A program made the position numbers and the translations under genes. 64,000 nucleotides of DNA from Mytilus californianus (taxonomy: Eukaryota): NCBI RefSeq assembly GCF_021869535.1, contig NW_026262668.1, forward strand, positions 4,836,001-4,900,000, written 5' to 3'. How positions within the stretch are numbered: position 1 is the first letter of the stretch; every line of letters starts with the position of its first letter. A model generated the notes under the pieces. The model searched no databases. It had not been told where the DNA came from and was given only the letters and a program-made list of their open reading frames with translations. This document shows positions 37,237-51,000 of the stretch, piece by piece.

Positions 37237-37660
37237 GATACCAGGATTAAAATTGTGTACGCCAAACGCGTGTTTCGCCTATAAATTAGTGATGACACTC
37301 GAAACAAAAAAAAATTAAATGGTTAAATATAGTACGAAGTTTAAGAGCACTGAGGGGCCCACATTCTGAAAATATTTGGAAAATACAGCTATGGTGATAT
37401 ATTTCTTGGGTGGAAAATCCTTCGTATTTCGAAACATTCGAACTTTTGTAAACAGTGTATTTATAAGTATGACTATGTCAAAAATAATTCATGTCAACAC
37501 AGAAGTCCCGACTACTAGACTGGTGACACCCTTGGGATGAAACACACAGCAGCAGTAGCATCAACAGTTGTTGTAAATAAACTCATCATAGATACCAGGC
37601 TAAATACTTGGTACAAAAGACGTGCATTTTGTCTACAAAAGACTCATCGTTGACGCTTGA
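37237..37660 (-). ncRNA. Retrozyme-like unit (family R2), decayed, with two hammerhead-like remnants 354 bp apart
   Basis: gataccagg repeats at 37237 and 37591. The minus strand reads gcgtcaacgatgagtcttttgtagacaaaatgcacgtc and ggcGAAAcacgcgtttggcGTAc, which are mutated versions of a CTGATGA-gtc..gac-GAAA-stem III-GTA core. Confidence 0.5.
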
Positions 37661-38636
37661 AACAAAAAAAAAGCAAAAAAGATAAAATAAAGTACCAAGT
37701 TGAAGAGAAATGTGTATTGAAACGATAAAAGCAGAACAAAAAGTGGAGTCGTCAAATATCAATATCTGTACTGATATAACTCCCTGAAATATGTACCCCT
37801 TTCATGTCAAACGCAAGTACAGCTTGACCATTTTTAATCATGAATTGTACGTTATATTGATTTTGGTTTATGATAAAACCTAGAATAAGGCATTTATTTA
37901 AAAAAAAAAAAAGAAATAAAAGTATAATGGAAGCAAGAAAAAAACATAAATAAAAAATGAGAGAGAGAACCACTGCCAAAGGAAAAAATAAGAAAATAAA
38001 TATAGCAGTTCAAAAAGCAGTTTTGCATGATTTTTCTATCGCCATCTAACTGCAGCAATGTAGCACTCCTATGTGCACATCAGAAACCCAAATAGGTTCA
38101 CATTGTTACCCAGCAAAGATACAACGTTAGCATAACATTATGGTGATGTTATATTTATTTTACGTTTTCATGTAACGTTAAAATAACATTAGTAAAACGT
38201 TAAACATAAACGTAATTTAGCAATCCATCTTTAGCGTTACATTTTTATGTTTACTTGAACGTTATGATTATTACATTACATTTTTATGTTAAGTTGAACG
38301 CTATGATTATTACGTTTCATGTTTTATTTATACTTAGTAAATGTAACGTTATGATATTCACGTTTCTCTAATTCTTCGTCAATTTATCCCTTTCTGCACC
38401 CATTGTATAAAAAAAATTTAATCAACGTGTGGTTCATTCGATCTCGGTTCTTCATTGGTTAAAATCCGATTATGACGTCGAATTTTCTTGCTTTCCTCTG
38501 AATTTCCTATTGTGACGGCATGAAAAACGGCGACCATGCCTGATGACGTCACATAGAAAGAACACATCTTTTTGCAGATCATTCGAAAAGAAGGACTAAA
38601 TTTGCCTGCGTATTGTTTGAAAATCATTAGAGAAAC

Positions 38637-38797
38637 AGATTCCACCACCGAATCTCGTGTAATACGATATTTATCCACTCTCGACAGTTAAATTTTAAAT
38701 ATTTAAAACGCTCGGCGAGCCTTGCGTTTTAAATTTGAAAATTTAACTGTCTCGAGTGGATAAATATCGTATCACACTCGATGCAGTAGTAGAATCT
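38637..38797. mobile_element. Short near-perfect palindromic (hairpin) MITE
   Basis: agattc..gtgtaatacgatatttatccactctcgacagttaaattt...aaatttaactgtctcgagtggataaatatcgtatcacac..gaatct folds back on itself over ~75 bp per arm. Confidence 0.75.
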
Positions 38798-41700
38798 ATA
38801 TTTATCTTTCAACGAATTTCAACGTAAAACTTATACTATAGTTCGACGTCCGAACTACGTTATTGAAAGACATTACTTTTAAACATGTATTTAATGTAAT
38901 ATCGACGTAAATATTAGACGTTTGATTACTAACCATGCCTTTGCCGGAATGTGACGTCGTCATAAATTTTCAAAAAGAGAATAAGATTATATTACATTAC
39001 AAGGAGTAGACAATGGACAACTCTTTTTTTTATGTCTGAACAACTCTGAATTATTTTCCAAAAACAAAAAGAATGTTATCAGTAAGTAAAACTAATTCAT
39101 TCCGTCATTTGTTTGAGTAGAAAATCATACGACCTGTATTAACATGAATTGCTTTGAAAATGTCAATGCATAACTGCAATTAAATTTGGACTATCACTGA
39201 ATATAGTTTTATTTTATGTCGCTTATTCTGAAATTCAATATCTCGATATTTTTTTATACCATTTTTAATTTGAAATTTATGCATCAATATTCAGATTTCA
39301 AATTATAAAAAGAGGGTTTTTGGTATTACAGTTTCGTATATTTTTTCTACATTTACAATGAGTTACCTGTTATTTGTACAATAATTGGCAAATATAGGAC
39401 AAATTGTGACACATGTCATTAATGGAATATGTTCTGGAAATCATACCACGAGAATGAGTGGCTAAGAGTTTTATCGATTATAATTGTTGATTTTTTAATA
39501 GAAAATTATATTCACTTTGATGTTTGAACGTGATGTACTCAAATAAATATTATGGTTAACTCACGATGACATGTTACATCTGCGAGCTCTGCGGTTTACA
39601 GTCTAGAAGACGGTTGCATAGAGAACTACCACTACCAATTATCTTACAAGTGAGGTTATCTAATTGAGAACACATTAAAAAAAACCCAGTTAATACACTT
39701 TTATGCATTAAAAGAGAGGCGAAAGATACCAGAGGGACATTCAAACTGATAAGTCGAAAATAAACTGACAACGTCATGGCTAAAAAAGAAAAAGACCAAC
39801 AGACAAACAATATTTCACTAAACACAACATAGAAAACTAAAGACTAAGCAACACGAACCCCACCAAAAACTGGGGGTTATCTCAGGTGCTCCCGAAGGGT
39901 AAGCAGATCCTGCTCTGCTCATGTTCTATAAACGTATTATCAAGGATTTGAAACGGATTAACAAGACAGGGGTGCCAAAGATACTATTTAGGCTTAGAAG
40001 TGTGTACATACGACTCATACCACCCATGTATGATTTGTATGCAACTTCTGTCAAAATTGTTCGTAGAAATTTCATATGCTTATTTCGGATCAGATGAAAA
40101 AAAGATTTTAATATAACAAATATCGCAGTTTTTTATTTATAGTTTGAGAATATCTCCTTGGCATCTTTTTTTACTTTTTGACACAGATAACTGCATAAAT
40201 CTAATCAAAAGCATGAACAAAAAACCCCAAATAAAACAGATAAACTATAAAAATTGACCAATTACCACATTGAACGGATTCATATATTGATATTATTAAG
40301 TTAAGTTAAGACAGTATTACAATTCATGCAAATCCTTATCTTTTATTGGCTGAAATCCGAATCATTATGATTCCGTTATATCCTTTCAATTCGTTTGAAA
40401 ACCACATATTCCCTACGTTGGGAACTCAGGAGTATACAATTATCAACTTGGCCTAGAAAACATAAAAGTAAGAAGATGTGGTATGATTGCCAATAAAACA
40501 AATATCTTGCAAAGTTAAAATGAAGTATGGTAAGCAATAAAGGCTACCGAACGGCCTCCAGCAATGAGAAAATCCATACCGTATAATCGGCAAGAAAAGG
40601 CAACAACGTGAAATTTGTAAAGCGTTTCAAATGAAAAAACTAACTGCCTAATTATAACAAACAAATTTACTAAAACAAAAATGACAGACAGGAGCCATTG
40701 TCAGACAATGAACTACTGGTCTCTGGTGAAAAGTTGTCTCATTAACAATAATACGACATCTTCTAATTTTCATATTAACATAACAACAATAGACTCAAAG
40801 AATCGATATAAGAGTACTCGCAGTTACTGACAGCTAGTTCAAAGTCAATAACAACTAATGAATAAATCTAATCTCCCAGCTTAATGTATCAATCAGTACA
40901 CATCTAACGGATTTATTGTAACGACGTCATAAACAGATTTAGAAGCCCATGACCTTGTGCAATGCCAAAAAATATATTAACAGTATCGACATGATGTAGA
41001 ATCATGAATTGTCATAACTGTACATATATAGCAATATATATTTAATTATGTTTTGAATTGTTTTGCATTGTTTGTGAACAATGTACTAACGATGATAAAT
41101 ATTTAAAAAATCGCAAATTTTATTCATTTGAAAAACAAGAAGTTTACGCTATATCTTTAAATAAGAAGAATGGATATAGATATACAATTGTTATCCTAGG
41201 ATATACATGTACGATATCAAATGAAATTTGTTAGATATGTATCGAGTTATCTACCTTGAAATCGATATCTTCAAATGTCAATTTCAGCTAAATGACGTAT
41301 TAAAATTTATTTCACCTGAAATTATATCGAATTGTACTTACAGAAACAAAATGTGAATACCATGAATTTGATGCCGTGTATTTGAAAATTTGTACGAAGT
41401 TAATGCAAGTCACCATCACATTTTAACAGGAAGCACTTCATGCTAAATCTGATAGTCCACACGGATATCCACCTTTCATATTATCATTTGTTATTTCGTC
41501 TAAACAAAAATAGACTTTAATTGTTTATAAGGTGCAGTCAAATTGTTAACTTTCATTTTACCAATGGTAACAATTCCATTACAACATATGCGCAATACAA
41601 CACATAACTTGTCATATGTGAAGCTTGCGGCAATGATAAAAGGAAAACATACGTGAAGGAGTCGATCAAACAAAAAATGAAAACAAGTAATATCAAACAA

Positions 41701-41933
41701 GATATCAGAGATTTACAGGAATGACATACTTTCTATATTCAAAATGATTTCAAGCAATTTTCAATAAAACAATATCTTCATTTGGAAGTAGTTTTTCATT
41801 GCCCCAATGTATCTTTTTATGTGTTGAAATGACATTTGTGATTTTTAAATTTAACCACAATTTAACAATAAACAAACCAATTGTAACTGAAACCACCACA
41901 CTTTGGCAGATACATTGGCAGATACAATGCTAT

Positions 41934-42080
41934 TTAGTTAATATTATCCATGTGACAATTTGGTGGAATGTTTAAAGTGACTACTCTTTCAGTGAGTATT
42001 CTTTCACCATCTTCATCTGACATTTCAATTGTAATTGCATCATTTATCTGCTCTTTAACTTCCTTCCTTGTTATTTTCCC
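41934..42080 (-). CDS. Gene 2 terminal exon: cytoplasmic tail
   Basis: Acceptor attatgttacag|GGG; 147 nt to TAA. GKITRKEVKEQINDAITIEMSDEDGERILTERVVTLNIPPNCHMDNIN*. A stronger-looking alternative acceptor lies 53 nt upstream (exon start 42133). Confidence 0.8.
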   Translation of the reverse strand, partial: GKITRKEVKEQINDAITIEMSDEDGERILTERVVTLNIPPNCHMDNIN

Positions 42081-45000
42081 CTGTAACATAATTATACTTT
42101 TTTTTAAATTGATGTGAATCTTGCCTGTCATCCCTGTAAAATTGAAAAAGTAAAAACAAAATCTGTTCAGTTGCATTACTGTAGTCGATGAACAAAATGA
42201 AGTTTACTTTTGACAAAAATATATCATGGTAACTGAAAATTCTTTGTATATTTTTATGAAGTGATTCCAAATAAATGCATCTCGTGATATCATGATAATA
42301 CTATAACATAGTGTTTTATCCGTACATTTGAAAATGATAGAGTTTTGTTTTATAGTCTGAACCGAAGGAAGGAATACGTTATTTTCATGATGTGTCAATT
42401 AGACAACACGTTCTTAAGCATAATGATGAATGATGGTATACGTCATATAAAAGTATATATTATTCAGTCAGGTTAATTTCAATTAAAGGTAGAGATCATA
42501 GGTCCACTGTTGGTGGATGTATATATCAGTCATATATCGTAGTTAAAGTTATTACAAAACAGATGTTGTAATGGTGTATAATTGCTTTCGATCCAAGACA
42601 TATTCAAGAATATGACATTTCTGAAATCAAATTTATACATTCAAATAGACATTTCATTCTTGCTAATGTGCTTCGTCTATATGCCTTTTAATGTTTCTTC
42701 GTTGACATATGTGTTTGTTTTTATATTGATTAAGATTATGACACAATGTTGACTGCTGTACCCCTATTTTTGAAATTTTTACTTTTTATGTCTGTTTGTT
42801 TTGTTCACACATCGTTGTCAATATGATCGAATTTTATGAGAATGTCATTCTAGTGAGAGGTTTAGCTAGCTATAAAAACAGGTTTAATCCACCATTTTCT
42901 ACATAAGAAAATGTCTGTACTAAATCAGGAATATGACAGTTGTTATCCATTCGTTTGATGTGTTTGAGCTTTTGATTTTGCCATTTGATTAGGGAGTTTC
43001 CGTTTTGAATTTCCTCGGAGTTCGGTTTTTTTGTAATTTGGCTTCTTTTTTTTTTTAAAGTGTTACACTGGTATTTTCTTATAAATTTCCAGCACCATGG
43101 TAAATGTTGTGTATAGAAATTTACCCATCTACAAGGACCGTGGTAATTTGTTATGAAGATTTTAGACTATCTTGTAGCACAGTGTTGAGATTTCGTTTTT
43201 TTTAAAATCATTTCGCCATTTTAGAGCCACCGCTATCAAAAATGTTACCGTCTGTTAAAACTGAGATTATCGACAGCTGTTTTTGTTTTACTTCAACTGA
43301 ATTGTTCTCGTACGACAGAATCACTGTATTATCGGTCCAATATTATTTCCCATTTGATACGATATTCCAGAGCATAGTCTATCATGATTTTCATGAAAGA
43401 TGTTTACTATTTGCAAGAAGCTATTGCAACAAGTGTTCTAATAGGTTAAGTTGAATTAAACCCATTGAAAGTTTTACGAAGGTCATCCAGAATTGATTAT
43501 GAGAACAGGTGTTGTTTGAACCTATGAATTTGTTCACAAATAACCACGCCCATTTGTGTTTTTGTGGCCACCATCTTGACTCTGTTTCTTGTTCAATATC
43601 TATAACCTGATTTTCCAAAATGTTTTACAGTGGAGAAAAAACTACTTACTTACAAATTTTACCGACGGCATCACGAGTTTGTTGATCGTTATGGAATATC
43701 TGTTTGACAAATATGTTCCCATAGACGTAACCAAAATCACGTCCTCTTCTTTGAATATGACCTACCGAATCAGACTTATCCCCGGGTTCGTACTAACATG
43801 AGCTATACAACAGGTACCACATGTGGATTAGGATCTGCTTACCCTTTTGCAGCACCTCAGATCACCCCGGCTTTTGGTTCGGTTCATATTTTCTATGTTG
43901 TATTTGTGTACTGTTGTTCGTCTTGTCCTGTATTTTTTGTTTTTGTTTGCCATGGCATTTTCAGTTTGTTCTCGACTATTAAGTTTGAATGTCTCTTTGG
44001 TATTTTTGCTCATTTTTCATTGTCATACCACCTAGCATCAACTCAGATATCAGTACTGGCTTGTGTTGCAAAATCGTTAATAGAAAAAGTGATACGTAAT
44101 GTTGTCCTTTCGAGGCAACGGCGATTTCCCCTGGTTTTTAGTGGGTTTCGCGTTGCTCGGTATTTAGTTTTCTATATATTTTGTGTTTTGCATAATGTTT
44201 GTCTTTTAGTTGTTTTTCGTTTTTTGCCCTGGCGTTGTCAGTTTGTTTTCGTTTTTTGCCCTGGCGTTGTCAGTTTGTTTTCGTTTTTTGCCCTGGCGTT
44301 GTCAGTTTGTTTTTCGTTTTTTGCCCTGGCGTTGTCAGTTTGTCATACGAATGAGGATTAAGCATTGGGTACAAATTTCGTACATTTTCCTTAAAGATCA
44401 CTCTAGTTATTGTACTGCGCCCCAAAGCGGTTTGACAGACGGACAAACATATCCTATAATATGTCAATCATTGACCCTCGTATATCTTCTATCTATCATG
44501 TATGTATATACTTACATCAGCAAGTGATACTACCATATTTTTAACTTTATTTAATACTGGTGGGGCTTTGTAAATCAGAATACCACATGATACTGCGCTA
44601 ATCAACCCCATGATAATCGTCAATAATCGTCCTATTAGAAACAAGGTAAGTTATAATTTTAGTTTTGATTGCTGATAAAAAATAAATGTTTAGTGTTTCA
44701 AAGTTGACCTTAGTTGGATTTGAGTATTTTTTTAAGGTCAGTTTTATCATATAGCTCTCCGATTTTTATGTTCTTATGCATTATTGTCTTTCAAAAATTT
44801 TGATTGAAGAGTTCTTGGTGAAGGTCAATACAGAAATGCGCTTCGAAATTATGGCATTTAAAATGTGTTGTTTTCATGTGAATAATTCGAAAACAAGTAG
44901 AATGTAGCTTTTGACAGATTCAGCCATATAACATAGTTTGCAAAGACTGTTATAGAAGTTGAGTATCCAGTACAGTGAAGAAAGATTTAATTGGGTTTTT

Positions 45001-48000
45001 GGTGGTTGAAATTCCAATGGATCATTGAACATTCTAACGATTGTTTAATATCATCACCAATTATGATGTAATTGCGCAGCACTACTGTAACAATGCCCCG
45101 TATATTGGCCGCGGAAAGCTTGTATAAATGCTGGTGATTTTTACAGTGTTTGTCACGGTTAATTTACGGGGGGCCGTGAAACTTGTTCCGTGACAATGCC
45201 GTAGAATGACTGTCGTGAAAAGACTGTGAAAAGGTTGTGAAGAGGTGCTACCTGAAAACTTGGGTGAAAAACCCGTAGAAACCCCATGGAAATATGCCGT
45301 GAAAAGGCCATGACAATGAATTATGTGCCCATTGTGAATAGACCGTGAAATGTACTACTGTAGCAAAATAGCCGTTCATTTGTCGTCAAAACTCCTGTAA
45401 AATGTACATGTAATGTACATTTTTAGGTCATAATTAAATGCTTTTTAAATCTAGAAAAATGCCTGATACCCTAGTTAAAACACCTGAAGACACTGTATTT
45501 AAGTACAATGCAAGTGAGAAGACTATGTAATATTAAACCATGAAAATATGTATATATTGCGCTAACTACCTAAGTGTTGATTAATTGTATGCTAAACTAT
45601 ATAAAAATGCTGTGATTTTTATTAATAATTATGACGAAGAACAAAAATATTCATTTTCATAGAACTGTAATTATATAAAAGAGGTGAAAACATTACATAA
45701 GGCACAAATGTCAATGTTACTTCGTCAGCTGCAAGTACAGTAGATATTTTTACTCCTCATTTCAAGTTAAAAAGTCACAGAAGAAAACTTTTAGTCCAAG
45801 TAAATAAACTGAAGATTGGTTTTACATGAACAATACAACTATGTACACCTGTCAGGTCTGATTTACCACTCAAGCAATGTATGAAATCCTTCAATACACT
45901 GTCCTTTTGAATAACTATTCCAGAAAAAAACATTCATAGATCTAGAGGTTCCTGTTAATTCCTGGGAAAATGTTTTAACTGAAAAGCTCTTTTTCCAACT
46001 GGATTCCTTTACTTTTTTATATAAGGACTGCTATCCCGCTGCTCTTCATTCCTATAAAAAAAGGTTACATGTATGTACAAGAATTATATATGTACAAAAA
46101 CCTATTTAAATATGTATTCTCATAAATTTTGTACTTCTGTACATTCAGACATTATACTTTATCATGTTTATAAAAGGTTACAATCAGCAACAAATATCAT
46201 TCTTTTTAGATCTGACTAATACTTCTTTAAAGTAATACTATTTATGGACGAGTTGACTAATTAGGTCAACTGATTTGTGGCCGAAATGAGTTCAAATAAA
46301 ATTATATGGTATATCACTCTTGGTATATAATCGTAGAATATAAATAAGGAACAATAACTCTATCTTCATGATCCATTTAAAAAGGTTTTGTTGCTCTCAC
46401 TTAATATCGTTCGATTATTTTTGGTAAATGGCTGCCAGACTCTTGTTCTAATAGTACACTTTGAAAAACGGGACAGAACAGAACAGATTTTGATGTAAAA
46501 TACAACATCAAGTTTACACGTTAACAAATGCAAGAATAAATAGTTTTTGTAACTTGTACAAACCGGTTTATATACATGTATAATTGTGTTGCATCACAGG
46601 AAATAACTGAGACAAGGACGATAATAATCCAACAAGCTCACCTGCATTGTAAATAAAGGATAGGACGTGCCTCATTACATATCCAATTTTATGAATATAC
46701 ATATACAGTCCAAATTGTAGAATACTGTAACAGTGCAGACTGCGTTTCTTGCAAGGGATGTTTTTCTTGTTCAGTTGTTTACATTGATGACATCAGAATA
46801 AAATTCCTATTAGAAATTGCAATATTATCATCAGGATGATTGCATATGCCAACTTACATCCTGATCCATGGCTTTCTTTGCAGGTTGGACATGTTTCAAA
46901 TTATACCCCAGTGGACTCAACTTTTAGGGATAGTTTTCGCGATAACACTAATAACAAGCATACATCATGTACATTAACTGGTATCAAATATTATTTTAAA
47001 TTAAGAACAGGTTTACCAGACAGGCAGATTTCCCTTACTCACAACTGACTGAATTAAAAAACTTGGTGTAAAAAGATATGAACACTCTTCCCTCTTTGAA
47101 TGTTCATTGACATTGAAAGAACTAAAGCAACCCCCCTCCCCCCACCAAAACACATAAACACAACAAAACTGTAATGGAAATTCATAAAGCCATTGTAAAA
47201 ATAAGAAAACATAAACCGAAATGATAAAAAACGTGCAACAGACTCGAATATAAATGAAAATTAAATGCATGTGTGCGCGGGATAAATAAAATCAGGTCTG
47301 CAACACCGTTTGGCAATGCTCGTAAAACGTGTCAAATCATGAACATTTTGGTTGAAAGGTGTGTCAAAGACATAAAACATAAATAACTTAACATACCTTA
47401 AACTTGCTGTCAGTAAGCTTGCATCTATATTCGTATAATAATCTTTCTTCTCATAAAATTTACAGCGCCTTTCATTCAATATTTTTTAATTGTCACTTCC
47501 GGTAGTGTAATAATTACGAAAAAACACAAATCCGGATACGGACTGATATTCCGTAAAGTTTATTTGTTTTAAGTTCCACATATATTAAACGGCTATTGTT
47601 CTTTATATTTGCTGATTGGAAAATATGAGAGGAAATATATTAATAAATATCCCTGGAAACGGCCTTAGTTGCGCAACTGTAAACCCTGTTAAAAATTTAA
47701 ATTTTCAGCTGTAATATTAATTTGGTTTAAAAATATGACGGCCTTTTCACAACTGCAATAATGTGTTGAAAAAAAAATCACTAACTTTTCACTAATTGCT
47801 TAAATAGCAAAAAGCAATACCACGACCTTTTCACAACTGCATTAGTTTTGTTGAAACAAAATGATTAAAGAACTTTAATTTTCAGCTGTTCGTCGATATT
47901 GTAAAAACAATATAACGGTCTTTTCACAACTGCATTAATTTGTTGAAAACAATTTCACGGCCTTTTCACAACTGCAAGAATTTCTTGAAAATAATAGCAT

Positions 48001-51000
48001 AGCCTTTTCAAGGGATATCAAAATTTCACGGCCTTTTCTAACCTAAAAAAAATTCACGGCCTTTAGAAATTTTTTTTTTAAAACTAAGGACTCTTTTCAC
48101 GGGGTTTTCATGACCTTGTGATATCTCACAGACATTTCACGGCCTTTTCGTGGACTGTTGTCACAGTAGTGTAGACTGATGGTACCAAGGCCTTTGTAAA
48201 AGAAAACTTTCGAAGTGGTCTGTAACATTTATTTCAATGTTATTCTGCCTGAAATACTAAGAGATACAATTACCGTGTTGATAGCTGTTTGTTTGTTGCG
48301 TTTAGAATGAACATTTGTGACAAGTGTTTTCAAGCATGATGTGTACAGAGAATAGCCATGAGAAAGAAGTGAAAGTGAATATAGCTTTGGTAAAAATAGA
48401 AGACAGTCATGTAAGGATATATATAATGAAGAGTTGGTAATGTATATTGACAATGACCGTGCTTGCATCTATGCCAACAACACATTACAAACAAACACTA
48501 AACTTTTGTCTTTAAAACTGTTTTACAACAGTAACATTCTCTCTGTTACATCTTATGGCTTTGATCAGTTAATACCTTACGTTCGTTTATGTTTCATACG
48601 GACTTTATGAATAGGGGTGCACTCATTACACAAAAACTGCCCCAACAGGGAAGAACGAATGAAATCATCACTACATAATTTTAACCATCAATTAGTTGAC
48701 CGTTACTAGGTGCCGGTGTCTCAAATCACTGGCGATATGTTTCGCGGTCTTAGATCTATAAATACAATTATAGTCGTCTGATCTGCCATTTTACATGTTT
48801 TGTTAATTTGCTACTTCTTGTCGATTTCCAAGATTTTTACATCGGTTAGGTAGTGTCGCCTTTTGTAGACGAAACGATATTCGTGCGTTCAAAATAATAA
48901 GCATGGTACCTTTTATTTACAAATTTGTAGAAATATTTAACAACCGGAAATGTTTGTGCTAGATGGAAGTCATTCTGGTTTTATATAAAATATACCAAAG
49001 CATATTCATACCTGCAGCATTGCCTCCATCTGGCCTAGTTGGTTTAGTTGTAGTAGCTGTCTTTTCAAGTGTTGAAGCTTTAAATGTTCAAAGTATATCA
49101 TTTTCATTACACATGATAAAAGATAAAGGTTGTAATATTAGGATAAAGACAAATCAAATGTGATTTTATATCTATTAGATATTATCTTTATTGTTGTTTA
49201 AATGTTTAACGATGAAACTAACAGGTACACATTGGCAATCAAACATTATAGTCAAAATTGGGCAACAGTAGTTAACCGATGTTCACACATGGGTAATCAA
49301 ACATTATAGTCAAAATTGGGCAACAGTAGTTAACCGATGTTCACACATGGGTAATCAAACATTATAATAGTCAAAATCAGGCAACAGTAGTTAACCGATG
49401 TTCACACATGGGTAATCAAACATTATAGTCAAAATCAGGCAACAGTAGTTAACCGATACTCAAATCTTATAAATCGATAAGAAGAAACAAATCAAGGTAA
49501 CAAACAAAATTGAGGCAATCGCAATGACAATAAATGAGGAAGACCGGATACATAGAAAATCAAAAATCGAACTGACAATGCCATGACAAAAAACGAAAAA
49601 TTACCAAGACGCAAACAATAGAGTACAATATATAACATACAGAACTAAGCACTGAGCAACACGAACCCCACCTCAAACCTAGAGTAATATCAGGTGCTCC
49701 GATAAGGCCGATAATGCTGCGTATATGGCACCCGTCGTGTTATTCATGTAAATACAAACCCGGTGATTAGCCTAATTCGGTAGGTCAAATTTAAGGAAAA
49801 GAGAACGGGATTGTGCTTACAATAAATGGAACATATTCGTTGTTATCTGTGAAAAAGATATTCCAAAACAGTCAATCAATTCGTAATGGGATCCCTTAAA
49901 TTTTCGAAGGGATGATTTCAACTACACCACTTAGACTAAAGTCATCAAACTTATCCGTCTGATATGAAGACATGCACTCAAACATAGACCGACGACATTT
50001 CATGTCTTTAGAAAATGAAGACGAAAAGAAAATCTACACTATTACTTATTAGATAAATCCCTGCTAAAACGCGGGAGATTATGTTTGCTTCAAAATGATC
50101 ATCTTTTACTGCTGTATCAATAAATGCAACCCGCCATGCTCTTCATTTCTAGTAAAAATACGATTTAAGTCACATTAGTGTTACGAGTTCATAGTATGCC
50201 CTCAATATCTATTTCAATATGAGATTTATACATCGGTAATCTATTGTTACCTCTTATTTCAAACCATGCAACAGCATAACCATTTCCATAGGACAAAAGA
50301 CGACGGGGGAATCACTACATAGAGAAGTAAACATTGAGTAACACAAATCTACCTAAAACAGTCGATCAAATCATAGTCTTATTCGTATAATAAATACGCG
50401 ACGACTTCAACTTCACAATTAAGAACCCTTAGTGTAATTTATTCTTCCCGTGTCCTCGTTGTCAATGTCTATTTGTAATACAACATATACAGCATTATGT
50501 ATTGTATTTGTAATACAATTATTATTTTTCCAATATCAAACGCGAGGTTAAACTTATGATGAAATTGAGAATGAAAATGGGGAATATGTCAAAGAGACAA
50601 CAATCCGACCAAAGAGCAGATGAAAATGGACGTCACACTAAACTCCAAATCATATAAATGAACTAAAATTAAAAAAAAAAACATACTAGACTAACAAAGT
50701 AGCATTTTTTAATTCATATAAAAATTACATGCATGAAGTCTGTCTCAATAAAGTTAGACACATTTCAACTGGAAGAAGAGATTATTCCGTTCCTGGTATT
50801 TAAAAAAAAAAAGTCGTCCAAATGTATCCAATATTTTTGAAAATGCTCTCCTCTCACAGTTAACTAAAGACGACGTTTATATTTTAAAAAGAAGTCAAAT
50901 GAAAAGTTCAAACAAGAAACATACTTGGAAAATGTATTGTCAAAATTTCAATCTTTTAGAAGGTTTTGATTTAATCATTACGAATAGTTAAATAGTAAAA

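Noticed and set aside
38109-38400. CCCAGCAAA terminus with aacgtt subterminal repeats, a possible CMC-type transposon end
   Set aside because: No matching opposite terminus was found in the window, so the element cannot be delimited.
43242-43618. Trp-rich ORFs (SRWWPQKHKWAWLF) in the last intron of gene 2
   Set aside because: No consistent splice sites or domain; the DNA resembles decayed interspersed-repeat text.
43798-44527. Longest ORFs in the track (187 aa and 105 aa, hydrophobic)
   Set aside because: They are read-through of a T-rich family C repeat and a 32-bp minisatellite, not genes.
49237-49457. Regularly spaced repeats (also 5295-5450, 54916-55053, 44212-44342) as CRISPR-like arrays
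   Set aside because: The units are head-to-tail with no unique spacers, the context is eukaryotic, and there are no cas genes. These are ordinary minisatellites.
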